From positions 64,001 through 128,000 of the IMG/VR virus record IMGVR_UViG_3300031951_000015: a stretch of 64,000 nt of DNA; one strand, written 5' to 3'. This document shows, in pieces, positions 46,763 through 55,491 of the stretch. Under the pieces are notes generated by a model that made no database searches, had not been told where the DNA came from, and saw only the letters and a program-made list of their open reading frames with translations. Numbering within the stretch: position 1 is the first letter of the stretch; the number at the start of each line of letters is the position of its first letter. The position numbers were made by a program, and so were the translations under genes. This DNA comes from a virus.

Positions 46763-46790
46763 AAAAAAAGGAGGGAATCAATCCCTCCTT
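46763..46790 (-). terminator. Intrinsic terminator
   Basis: AAGGAGGGA-ttgat-TCCCTCCTT then a T-run on the minus strand. Confidence 0.8.
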
Positions 46791-46794
46791 TGAA

Positions 46795-46893
46795 TTATTT
46801 TGCCGCTACCAGCGTAGCAAGAGATGCTTGTTTACGACGTTGCTCTTTTTGCTTTTGCTCTTTAATGAGTTGAAGGAAATTGAGTTTTTTCAT
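46795..46893 (-). CDS. 32-aa basic peptide, possibly GifA/IF7-like
   Basis: MKKLNFLQLIKEQKQKEQRRKQASLATLVAAK; ATGA-coupled to DUF4278, with AGGAG RBS. Confidence 0.6.
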   Translation of the reverse strand: MKKLNFLQLIKEQKQKEQRRKQASLATLVAAK

Positions 46894-47027
46894 TTGTGCC
46901 CCTCCTTTACAAACTTAATACCACGATAGGTTTCGTTGTATTGTTGGGGTTGCTGCATCATCTGCTGTTGATATGCAATACGCTTTTCGGTATCGTATTC
47001 AACACCGCGATAAACTACTTTCGACAT
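46890..47027 (-). CDS. DUF4278 family small protein
   Basis: MSKVVYRGVEYDT...TYRGIKF with two YRG motifs; AGGAG RBS; downstream of glutamine aptamers. Confidence 0.85.
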   Translation of the reverse strand: MSKVVYRGVEYDTEKRIAYQQQMMQQPQQYNETYRGIKFVKEGHK

Positions 47028-47058
47028 TGGTTTTCTCCTTAGTTTTTAGGTTAAAGAG

Positions 47059-47230
47059 CGTTCCTTCAGTCGGCTTTTGCGTCTACGAAGCAACCTTTTC
47101 TTGTAACTTGTTTAATCTCCCAAACAATATCATTCTTTTGTTGAGAAGTCAGTGTTTGGTTGATATTAACTTTACCAATCAAAAACTGTGCCTGTAAGCA
47201 AGTTAAGAAAAGTGCTTCCATAGATGAACG
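47059..47230 (-). ncRNA. Glutamine (glnA-type) riboswitch aptamer 2, with P2 loop expanded by an ORF
   Basis: 5' CGTTCA-TCTATGGAAGCA and 3' TGCTTCGTAGA-CGCAAAAGCCGACTGAAGGAACG; P1 CGTTC/GAACG. Confidence 0.72.
47066..47221 (-). CDS. 51-aa ORF nested in riboswitch aptamer 2
   Basis: MEALFLTCLQAQFLIGKVNINQTLTSQQKNDIVWEIKQVTRKGCFVDAKAD; paralog at 12920..13090. Confidence 0.65.
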   Translation of the reverse strand: MEALFLTCLQAQFLIGKVNINQTLTSQQKNDIVWEIKQVTRKGCFVDAKAD

Positions 47231-47234
47231 GCTT

Positions 47235-47285
47235 CGTTCCGAGTCGGCTTACTTCCGTTCGCTATTCGAAAATAGCGAATGAACG
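47235..47285 (-). ncRNA. Glutamine (glnA-type) riboswitch aptamer 1
   Basis: CGTTCATTCGCTATT-TTCG-AATAGCGAACGGAAGTAAGCCGACTCGGAACG matches the recalled glnA motif consensus. Confidence 0.85.
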
Positions 47286-47405
47286 TAAGGGTATTATACC
47301 CTTGTTGATCGTATTTATCAACAATATTTTGTAATTTTTTATACAGTTTTAGAAAACTTTAAGAATCAAAAATTTTGCCGGAAAATTTTCCCCCGATCTG
47401 GGAAA

Positions 47406-47780
47406 TCACTTCCGCTTTTTCTTTTGGGGTGCTTGATATCCCCAGAGTTTTGGATTGACTCTACCATGTCCGAAGTCAATACTCTTCAAGTTACTACGAA
47501 ACTTATCCCAGTACATATCAAATAGTTTGATACGCCCACCTCTGGTTAAATCAAAACAGATCTTATCATCTACAAGATACTTGATAATGTATGCATCATT
47601 CGGTGCATCTTTTGTACACACATCAGCATATGAACCATTCTCGATCAGAATATCACAACCGTATCGTGACTTACAAGTTTCCTTCTCTGCTGGTGTCCAA
47701 TGATCCATATGCTTTTTTGTGGTTTTTTCTCTCTCAATTACATCATTATGTTGACTCATATTCAGGAACGACCTCCCCAA
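47406..47780 (-). CDS. Conserved cyanophage hypothetical protein
   Basis: ORF track; FDMYWD...G.VNPKLW. Confidence 0.7.
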   Translation of the reverse strand: MGRSFLNMSQHNDVIEREKTTKKHMDHWTPAEKETCKSRYGCDILIENGSYADVCTKDAPNDAYIIKYLVDDKICFDLTRGGRIKLFDMYWDKFRSNLKSIDFGHGRVNPKLWGYQAPQKKKRK

Positions 47781-48418
47781 ATAATATCGGGATATGCTTC
47801 CGAAACAACTTCTTTGGTGATTTTATATTTTGTTTCCAGATTCTTATCCTTTACAAGGCAGATGATTTCTGCTTCAAGTGGATGAAGACCTTGAAGTAGA
47901 TTAATGAACATTGTTTCTCTACGAAGAGAACTCAGTCCATCATTTCCACCTTTGATGAAATTATAAAACTTTGAATATTCTTTACGAATAGAAGAACGTC
48001 CCTGATCTTGTGACCCAAGTGAATTAGAACCAAGTTCTTCCATCTTACCGACTGCATCTGCAATCTTCTCACTCAAAGTTCCTTTGAAAGAGTCCATCTC
48101 ATCGACAGCAGCATAAGGGACATCACCAGGAGGAAGTGCTGATGTAATAGTTTCGTCAAAGTTCCAAATGAACAATGCTTTTAGTGCAGGATGAGCATAC
48201 TTTTGAAGTACCTCCACCTTCTTTGCGTTGCTTCTTTGTTTTGAAGCGGCATTGAAAATCTCAAAGATAAAAGGATTTGCAGGAAGTTCTGGAATGGATT
48301 CTGCAATTACCGTTGCTTTTGGTGCCGCTGGTTTTTTGGTGGCAGTCGTTTTAGTCTTAGTCGTCGCTGCCGTCGTCTTCTTCGTTGTCGTCATAATAGT
48401 TCTCAAAATTAAATGCAA
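47762..48418 (-). CDS. Conserved T4-like protein (DUF6433-like)
   Basis: LP.G.VPY, RRETMFI.LL.GLHP.EA. Confidence 0.8.
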   Translation of the reverse strand: MHLILRTIMTTTKKTTAATTKTKTTATKKPAAPKATVIAESIPELPANPFIFEIFNAASKQRSNAKKVEVLQKYAHPALKALFIWNFDETITSALPPGDVPYAAVDEMDSFKGTLSEKIADAVGKMEELGSNSLGSQDQGRSSIRKEYSKFYNFIKGGNDGLSSLRRETMFINLLQGLHPLEAEIICLVKDKNLETKYKITKEVVSEAYPDIIWGGRS

Positions 48419-48587
48419 TTACTTCGTCAGGTATAAGATTTCCTTGGGAGTCAAACATTTCCGGATGAGGTCTTGGAATTTCCCGATAGTTCATCATATA
48501 TTCTCTTGCTACCCAACCACCTATAAGTCCCACTATAAGAAATAAAACGGTTAGGAATGAACCGAATACTAGACTAACTGCTAACAT
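48357..48587 (-). CDS. Small membrane protein (HPEMFD..G motif)
   Basis: TM helix followed by HPEMFDSQGN. Confidence 0.75.
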   Translation of the reverse strand: MLAVSLVFGSFLTVLFLIVGLIGGWVAREYMMNYREIPRPHPEMFDSQGNLIPDEVIAFNFENYYDDNEEDDGSDD

Positions 48588-48825
48588 TTCTTTTTCTCCG
48601 GGAAACTACTTTTTTCTTCCTTGAATGAAAGGAAAATTCAAAATAGATAGTTACTTCCCGATTGAAGAAGCAAACCATCTTTTCAAAAATGATATGGAAT
48701 GGGTGTGTTTGCTTCTTTTTGCCTCCATTAAGTATGAGTTCAACACCACGATTAAAGTGGTCTTCCTTTTTATTTAGGGTCTCATCAGACGATTTGGTTC
48801 TCTTTGAGGAATTTGATTGTGTCAA
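48574..48825 (-). CDS. Hypothetical protein
   Basis: ORF track. Confidence 0.55.
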   Translation of the reverse strand: MTQSNSSKRTKSSDETLNKKEDHFNRGVELILNGGKKKQTHPFHIIFEKMVCFFNREVTIYFEFSFHSRKKKVVSRRKRNVSS

Positions 48826-49021
48826 CGCATCCTCCTAACTTTTTATCATTACAAATTACTTGTGGAAATGTAGATCCTTCACCAAACTCTGCGTAAAATT
48901 CTTCTCTGGTAAAGTCTTGGTTTAAAGTATACATCACATACTTCTGTTCTGTCAAGTCCAATACTTGTTTGACCTTATCGCAGTATGGACAACCTGGTTT
49001 CGAATAAACTGTGAAATTCAT
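48785..49021 (-). CDS. nrdC: Glutaredoxin
   Basis: CPYC active site, TFPQV, GG. Confidence 0.92.
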   Translation of the reverse strand: MNFTVYSKPGCPYCDKVKQVLDLTEQKYVMYTLNQDFTREEFYAEFGEGSTFPQVICNDKKLGGCVDTIKFLKENQIV

Positions 49022-49122
49022 ATGTGTCGTTTTGTTTTTATTATATAGAAGTTTATGGGAATGCAAAAATTTTGCGAAATATATTTAATTTTATCCGAAT
49101 TTAAAATATTATACTATCATAT

Positions 49123-49686
49123 TCATATGATATTAAAAGATAAACTAATTTTTTCTCTATCAGTAGGTCGAGTTGCATGAAAAGTTGAACTCATAAAAAT
49201 CAATATTCTTCCATCTAAAGTTTCATAATTATAATTTTCGAAAGAATTATTATCTTGGAAATTTGGTAGTATTGGTTGATGATCTACAATTGGTGACTTT
49301 ACGTAAAAATCTGCCAGTCCACTACCAATTATATAAACAACCCCAGATAATAAAGAATTGTGATGAATGTGAGTTTCTTGATACATACCTGGTTGATAAT
49401 AATTTAACCAACTACTTTTAATTTGATATGATTGATTCATATCAAATTTCATATATTTACAATATTCCTTTATTGATTCTTCTACTGATTTTTTTACTCT
49501 ATAAAAATCAGGTAATTCTAAAATGTTACTATTATTTTTTATAGTAGAAATGCACTTCGATTGAAATGCATAGTCTCCCTGTTCAAAACATATTCTTTTT
49601 GCTATGATTTTTATGCTTTCGCTGATAAGTTTTGGATTATCTTTTTTATAAATGATTGTAGGAAACAATGTATCAAAGTTACTCAT
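49123..49686 (-). CDS. Putative 2OG-Fe(II) oxygenase (TIGR02466-like)
   Basis: SW.N, HxH...SGVVY, F.S..H, SLSFN. Confidence 0.85.
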   Translation of the reverse strand: MSNFDTLFPTIIYKKDNPKLISESIKIIAKRICFEQGDYAFQSKCISTIKNNSNILELPDFYRVKKSVEESIKEYCKYMKFDMNQSYQIKSSWLNYYQPGMYQETHIHHNSLLSGVVYIIGSGLADFYVKSPIVDHQPILPNFQDNNSFENYNYETLDGRILIFMSSTFHATRPTDREKISLSFNII

Positions 49687-49727
49687 AAAATAAAAATCAT
49701 AGCATCAATTTATTAGATATGCAAGAT

Positions 49728-51143
49728 TTATCTTAGTTGGTAACCATTGATTGTAAATCCATATTGAGCACCACTACTATCTCCTATTAAACCAGTGTTT
49801 CCTCCATTTGATCCGCTGATAACCATTGTAAACGAAGATATGGTTTTTATCTCTCCAAGATTTGTCTTTCCTTGATAATCTGGAGTGTAAATGTAGGGGA
49901 ATTGAGTCCCAGATACATCGTTGATATAGAAATAACCAGGTTTTGGTGCTGTTGCTGGACCATTACCAGTAATCCAAGAAACTTTCAATGCCTGGGCACA
50001 CATGGGTGTTGCCAAAGCAAATCTCCAAGCAATAGTTGTCCAACCAGATGATATTTCATAATATCCACCAGCTAGATTAGTTGCACTCCCACCCCAAGCA
50101 GTAAATGGACCACCATTTATTGAATACGTTATACTACTACCAGGAATAGGTCCAGTTGCAGTGGTGCATGATAGTGGTGAATCTGTTCCAGTTAGATAAG
50201 CAACAATAACTCTCCCAGATCCCCCACTACCTCCGGAACCGCCACCACCACCGCCACCAGATCCGGTGTTTGCAACTCCGTTACCACCGGTGCCGCCATG
50301 ATTTCCTACGCCACCGCCACCAGATCCACCACTAGAACTTCCTACCCTAGATGCACCTCCGCCGCCGCCAGCAAAAAATTGAGAAGTTGGAGAGAAAAAT
50401 GGAGTTGCGTTTAACCAAGAAATAGGTGTTGTAGGAAGACCTGCGCCACCAACACCAGGTTGATCTGGTTGTCCTTGGATTCCTGCCCCACCAGCACCTC
50501 CTCCTCCACCACCTCCGAACCCGGGACCCCCTGAAGAGGAGGGTCCACCTTGATTTCCCAATCCGAAGATATTAGAATTAGTGGGTAATGCTGGATTGTT
50601 AACTTGATTTAATGGAGATATTGAATTGCCATATGTTCCACCAGGAGAACCACCTTGAGTTGTAAGTGGACTTGGTGTGTAATTTAATCCTCTACCTCCC
50701 CCCTGAGCAACCCAATCAGGTCCAAAAGTTGAATTGCTACCATTTGAACCAGGTGAATTAGATAATGATCCTGAACCTCCAGCACCTCCTCCTCCCACAA
50801 CAACATCATATGATCCTGAGGTTAAAGTTAAAGGTGCAATTATTACACCACCCGCACCGCCACCAGCTTGTCCACCATCACCAGGAGGATTATAAGAACC
50901 GCCACCACCACCTCCAATCAGTAATATATATGCTGCTTTTGGACCTCCAGTGGTTACAAAAGGATTTGGACCAGAACTGGCAAAATCATGATATGTATAA
51001 CTTCCTACCGTTGTTTTTGTTCCACCAGTTGCAGAAAAAGGTCCACCACCGACAGCACCACCAACAGGTGCTACATACCTCTTTCTTCCAAATCCGAAAG
51101 AAAATCCACCCCCACCACCAGTTCTTGATAAAATAGGACTCAT
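49728..51143 (-). CDS. Gly-rich adhesin-like fibre-tip protein with extra C-terminal domain
   Basis: ATGG...Y.YH.F, GGGGGG tracts, GGSG.VIVAY, then about 150 aa beta domain. Confidence 0.75.
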   Translation of the reverse strand: MSPILSRTGGGGGFSFGFGRKRYVAPVGGAVGGGPFSATGGTKTTVGSYTYHDFASSGPNPFVTTGGPKAAYILLIGGGGGGSYNPPGDGGQAGGGAGGVIIAPLTLTSGSYDVVVGGGGAGGSGSLSNSPGSNGSNSTFGPDWVAQGGGRGLNYTPSPLTTQGGSPGGTYGNSISPLNQVNNPALPTNSNIFGLGNQGGPSSSGGPGFGGGGGGGAGGAGIQGQPDQPGVGGAGLPTTPISWLNATPFFSPTSQFFAGGGGGASRVGSSSGGSGGGGVGNHGGTGGNGVANTGSGGGGGGGSGGSGGSGRVIVAYLTGTDSPLSCTTATGPIPGSSITYSINGGPFTAWGGSATNLAGGYYEISSGWTTIAWRFALATPMCAQALKVSWITGNGPATAPKPGYFYINDVSGTQFPYIYTPDYQGKTNLGEIKTISSFTMVISGSNGGNTGLIGDSSGAQYGFTINGYQLR

Positions 51144-52045
51144 CTGTAACCTCCATTAACTACACCCATCAAGTAATAATTTGCTGTTGTACTTGCAGAA
51201 CCAACAGTATTAATACCAGTGAAACTATAAATATCCATTCCACTTGTAGTTGTTACACCAGAGATTGCATTTGCTAATGAACCACCAGCCCAACGAATGG
51301 TAGCATTAAATCCATTAAGAGTAACAGCAGTACAAGATCTTGCCGTGCCTGTCTGATTTACAAATACATTGAAAGTGATTGTATGACTATCAAAATCACT
51401 TGAAGTTGGAATGCCAACAACTGCGAGTGTAATATCTCCTGTTGGATTAGTTGTTAATCCAATGTTTGATGATGCTCCGTTGTAAGTTAAAGTAACTGTA
51501 TTTCCATTTGTAATTATATGCTTTTCTGCAACACTGATAAATCTAGTTTCAGTAGTTGCCCAAGCAACATTAGTTTCAAATCCTTTTTTAGTATTATTAT
51601 AAGTTAGTGTTTTATTTGTTGTACCATAAATCTGAATACCATCACCATCTGCTTGTGCATCAGTTGTATTTCCAGAACCAATGCCAACTAATGGATCTGT
51701 GATTTCTAAATTGGTTGTATTGATTATAGTTTGAGTACCATTTACAGTCAAATTTGTAAATGTTGCTGCCGATCCTGTGATATTTCCTACTGTAATATTT
51801 GGAGATCCAGAAAGTCCGGTAGCGTTGCCAGTTACATTACCTGTGAGGTTTCCAGTTACATTACCTGTGACATTACCAGATACATTGCCTGCGAGAGTTC
51901 CAGTTACATTACCAGTTACATCGCCAGTGAAACTAGTAGCAGTTACAACACCAGTGACACTAAACCCATCGGCAATACCATTTGGAAATCTAGGTCCACC
52001 AGTTCCTAATCTATCAACAAGTTTATCAGCTCTAATCCTGGACAT
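51140..52045 (-). CDS. Tail fibre module (MSRIRAD...G.P.FPNG N-terminus)
   Basis: GNVT repeats, ADG.G motif; paralog of 53061..53966 and 56510..57295. Confidence 0.78.
   Translation of the reverse strand: MSRIRADKLVDRLGTGGPRFPNGIADGFSVTGVVTATSFTGDVTGNVTGTLAGNVSGNVTGNVTGNLTGNVTGNATGLSGSPNITVGNITGSAATFTNLTVNGTQTIINTTNLEITDPLVGIGSGNTTDAQADGDGIQIYGTTNKTLTYNNTKKGFETNVAWATTETRFISVAEKHIITNGNTVTLTYNGASSNIGLTTNPTGDITLAVVGIPTSSDFDSHTITFNVFVNQTGTARSCTAVTLNGFNATIRWAGGSLANAISGVTTTSGMDIYSFTGINTVGSASTTANYYLMGVVNGGYR
51826..51930 (-). repeat. 12-nt coding tandem repeat (GNVT/GNLT)
   Basis: Degenerate ccagttacatta units encoding TGDVTGNVTGTLAGNVSGNVTGNVTGNLTGNVTGNA. Confidence 0.7.
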
Positions 52046-52147
52046 TAAACTATCCTTCTACCAGTATTATCTGTATTTATTATACAATGAAGTTAGTTGT
52101 ATGAGTTTATATCATAAACACTCTTGTTTAGAATGTTATATTAGATT

Positions 52148-53056
52148 TTATATAGTATATCTAATAATTACAATACCCGGACCTCCTGCGCCACCGACAC
52201 CAGGAGGGTTCCAAGAATGTCCTCCTCCACCACCTCCAGTGTTTGGAGTTCCTGGACTTGCATCTCCAGGATCACCAAATCCATTACCACCACCCCCAGA
52301 TCCACCCAGAGCAGCATCCGAATTATCTCCTGCGCCTCCACCACCACCAGCTCTTGTTATTGATGTTCCAGTAATACTTGATGTAACGCCATTTCCACCA
52401 CGTCCACAAGTAGTTGGACCTGATGCATCAAAACCGGCCGTACCGGCACCACCTCCTCCACCAGCAGCTCTACCACTAGCAGATCCACCACGATATCCTT
52501 GATTTGAAGTTCCGGAACCATAATTAGATCCGGCGTCTCCACCAGCACCCCCACCAGATCCACCATTAAATCCTGAAACACCTGGATAAGCACCTCCACC
52601 ACCTCCACCTGGTGAAGTGATAGTTGTAATATTAGGTCCCGAAATAGAAGAGGAATTCCCATTGCCGCCTCGTGTGGATTTATCTGTCGCTTTTATTCCC
52701 CCAGTTCCAACAGTAATGGTGTATGTAACACCAGCGGTAAATGTTGTTGTTGGTTCAGCAGACGCTCCACCACCAGAATTTTCACCCTGAACTGAAGATC
52801 TATAACCACCGGCACCGCCGCCGCCTCCCATACCACCACCACCAGCACCACCGCCACCAACAATAATCCACTCTGCACTAACGGTATTAGATACTTGGAA
52901 ATTATAATATGGTGCTGGTTGACCTACAACAAAGCTATGTATTTTCCAACTACCGAATGTAGTAATATCACCACCAGAGGCGGAAAAAATACCACCACCA
53001 GAGGGTGCATCAACTCTACCAAACCCAAATGCTCTTCCAGTAAAAATCGGTGCCAT
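52148..53056 (-). CDS. Gly-rich adhesin-like fibre-tip protein
   Basis: MAP...FGFG, ASGG...H.F, GGGGAG tracts, GG.GIVIIRY. Confidence 0.78.
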   Translation of the reverse strand: MAPIFTGRAFGFGRVDAPSGGGIFSASGGDITTFGSWKIHSFVVGQPAPYYNFQVSNTVSAEWIIVGGGGAGGGGMGGGGGAGGYRSSVQGENSGGGASAEPTTTFTAGVTYTITVGTGGIKATDKSTRGGNGNSSSISGPNITTITSPGGGGGGAYPGVSGFNGGSGGGAGGDAGSNYGSGTSNQGYRGGSASGRAAGGGGGAGTAGFDASGPTTCGRGGNGVTSSITGTSITRAGGGGGAGDNSDAALGGSGGGGNGFGDPGDASPGTPNTGGGGGGHSWNPPGVGGAGGPGIVIIRYTI

Positions 53057-53060
53057 ACTA

Positions 53061-53966
53061 TCAGACTCCTACGTTACCTTGTCTAAATCCCCCGTTCTTT
53101 GTTGCATAAACCTGGTAACTTGTTGCAGTTGTATTCGTACCTCCAGTATAATGCACAAAGAACGAAACAAAATCTCTATCATTTGGAGTTGAAGATAGAG
53201 TTACAGTTGTTCCAGAACCAACTAATGCTCTGGTTGAGATACCAGCAACTGTTGCTCCATTTTCATAACCAATCACAGTGCAGTTAATTCCAATACCAGT
53301 TGTTGCTGTTGTATTTCCAGTTCCTACTGGTGTTGATGACATCTGCGTAAAGATGCAAGTAATGGTTGTTCCATTTGCATTGCCAGTGAAGGCAGGCATA
53401 TTCTTGAAAGAAACAATACCAATATTTGCACCAGTTGGAATAGTGTAAGTATATGTCGTTGCGTTTCTTACATCTAATTCAAGAACAAGATTGTTTCCAC
53501 TATTATAAGTCGTCGCAGCAGCAACAGTTTCTAGAACACCCTTGAACTTATTAGGATCAGAATAAACAAAAGAACTACTACCTCTTTCCCAAGTTAAAGT
53601 CTTATCTCCTCCTGCTCCACCAAAAATTGTTAGTCCACCACCATCTGCCGTTGTATTTGATGCAGAGGTTGTAGTTCCGATACCAATGTTCTTATCTTCT
53701 ACTACCAGATTTACGGTATCAATAGTAGTAGTGGTTCCTTGAACTGTTAAGTCACCAGTTATCGTTGCGTTTCCAACAGTGATATTCGGAGTTCCAGTTA
53801 AACCCTGTGCATTGGTTGCAACTGATACAGTTCCTGTTACATTGCCAGTTAAATTTCCATCAAAACTAGTAGCAGTAATAACACCAGTAACGGTAGCACC
53901 ATTAGGGAAATTAGGTGCGCCGCTACCCTCCCTATTACGAATACTATCAGCTCTAAGTATAGACAT
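53061..53966 (-). CDS. Tail fibre module
   Basis: MSILRAD...GAPNFPNG; VEDKNIGIG...ADGGG. Confidence 0.78.
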   Translation of the reverse strand: MSILRADSIRNREGSGAPNFPNGATVTGVITATSFDGNLTGNVTGTVSVATNAQGLTGTPNITVGNATITGDLTVQGTTTTIDTVNLVVEDKNIGIGTTTSASNTTADGGGLTIFGGAGGDKTLTWERGSSSFVYSDPNKFKGVLETVAAATTYNSGNNLVLELDVRNATTYTYTIPTGANIGIVSFKNMPAFTGNANGTTITCIFTQMSSTPVGTGNTTATTGIGINCTVIGYENGATVAGISTRALVGSGTTVTLSSTPNDRDFVSFFVHYTGGTNTTATSYQVYATKNGGFRQGNVGV

Positions 53967-53997
53967 TAACTTATTCCGAGACCAATTTTACTTGTAT

Positions 53998-54630
53998 TTA
54001 TATCTGAAAGGCGTTGATAACCAATTCACAATTAGGTCCAAGTATCAGACTCTTTGTATCCGCAACAACAACAGATTTTCTTGCAACCGTAACTGTTGAA
54101 GATGTTGAACCTGCAAGTGTCTTATCTTCGGTTACGTCAAGAACATTTTGTATTTCAATAAATCCAGTGTCAAAAGTTCCATCACCAATTGTCAATCCAT
54201 TCGGAAAGTTTGGAGCACCAGTTCCTACCTTGTTTGTAAAGTTATCTGCACGAACTCTTCCACCAGTTCCTGAAAGAAGACTAATACCGCTAGTACTAAT
54301 ACCAAGAACATCTGGAATAAATTCATCACCATCAGAAACTATGAAGTCCGCACCTTCTTCAACTGCAAGATCAACATATTGAGTATATGCAACATTTGAA
54401 GAATCTGGAACAGTGACAGTTGATGTTTGCCCGATGCTTAAAACTTCGTTTGTATAATAAATTTTACTCAGAGGACTTGCCTGATCTTGACTTATAGCAG
54501 TTCCTAAACCAGCAGATGTTATACCATCAAGATTTGATCCATCACCATAAAATGCGGTAGCAGTAATGATACCAACAATCAGTTGATTACCATCACCAAT
54601 ACCAGGTCCAAGTACTTTTGTGAATGACAT
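53998..54630 (-). CDS. Fibre adaptor/branching protein
   Basis: Contains the domain found at the C-terminus of 57326..58861 plus an internal RVRAD...GAPNFPNG motif. Confidence 0.7.
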   Translation of the reverse strand: MSFTKVLGPGIGDGNQLIVGIITATAFYGDGSNLDGITSAGLGTAISQDQASPLSKIYYTNEVLSIGQTSTVTVPDSSNVAYTQYVDLAVEEGADFIVSDGDEFIPDVLGISTSGISLLSGTGGRVRADNFTNKVGTGAPNFPNGLTIGDGTFDTGFIEIQNVLDVTEDKTLAGSTSSTVTVARKSVVVADTKSLILGPNCELVINAFQI

Positions 54631-54661
54631 TGGAAGTTTTTAGGTATTTATATTGTTATTA

Positions 54662-55459
54662 CTACCTAATTAACAAATCAAATTCTAAACATCTATGGCA
54701 TATTTGATCTGAAACATTTACTTTATATTTCCTTTTTCGAATACCCTTTGTGTCAATTTTGTGAAGATTATTACCAAGAAAATTATCAGAGTATTCAACT
54801 CCATTAATATTTAACTGTTTTATTTTTTTATAGTTATGACTGTAATGAGGGATATTTAAAAAATCATATATTCTTTCCACTTCTTTTTGAGGATTGTTCA
54901 CAAAATCATCATAGCCAATCAGTATATGAATATTATTTTGTGGATCTATTTTGTTAAGTGTATTGATGGATAATATCTGCTGAACCAACTGCCCATGAGG
55001 ATTAAAAATAAATTCAAATTTTTGTTCCACAGTTCCATTATTAGTATTTCTATTAATAAAGTTATTTGGATTTTTATCAGACCAGTCTACCCAAGATTTA
55101 AAAATATCAAGAGTATTTCTAACAAGACAAACTATTTTTATTTCATTTGGGCAATATTTTTGAAGTAAAGAAAAATTAGCAGGAGTTCCCCAAGCAGATC
55201 TATCAATAACATAATCAACATTCCATTTAGAATAATATGAAGATATTATACTTTCCATCACAGAATCATAAGATTTTTCATCTGGAAAATTTTTATACGC
55301 TACATCAGTATCTTTCCAACTATCAAGTTTAAAAAGAATTTCTGATACTAAACTATTTCCAGATACACCTATTTTTTTATTTTGATTTAAAATACATGAC
55401 AAAATAGTGTTTCCTGCTCTCGGCATACCCGAAAGAAAATAATACTTTTTACAACTCAT
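54662..55459 (-). CDS. Sulfotransferase family protein
   Basis: PAPS-binding SGMPRAGNT, LVRN...S, Y.D....P....IY.FL. Confidence 0.85.
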   Translation of the reverse strand: MSCKKYYFLSGMPRAGNTILSCILNQNKKIGVSGNSLVSEILFKLDSWKDTDVAYKNFPDEKSYDSVMESIISSYYSKWNVDYVIDRSAWGTPANFSLLQKYCPNEIKIVCLVRNTLDIFKSWVDWSDKNPNNFINRNTNNGTVEQKFEFIFNPHGQLVQQILSINTLNKIDPQNNIHILIGYDDFVNNPQKEVERIYDFLNIPHYSHNYKKIKQLNINGVEYSDNFLGNNLHKIDTKGIRKRKYKVNVSDQICHRCLEFDLLIR

Positions 55460-55491
55460 TGAAAATAGAATTTTATAATATTATATCACAC

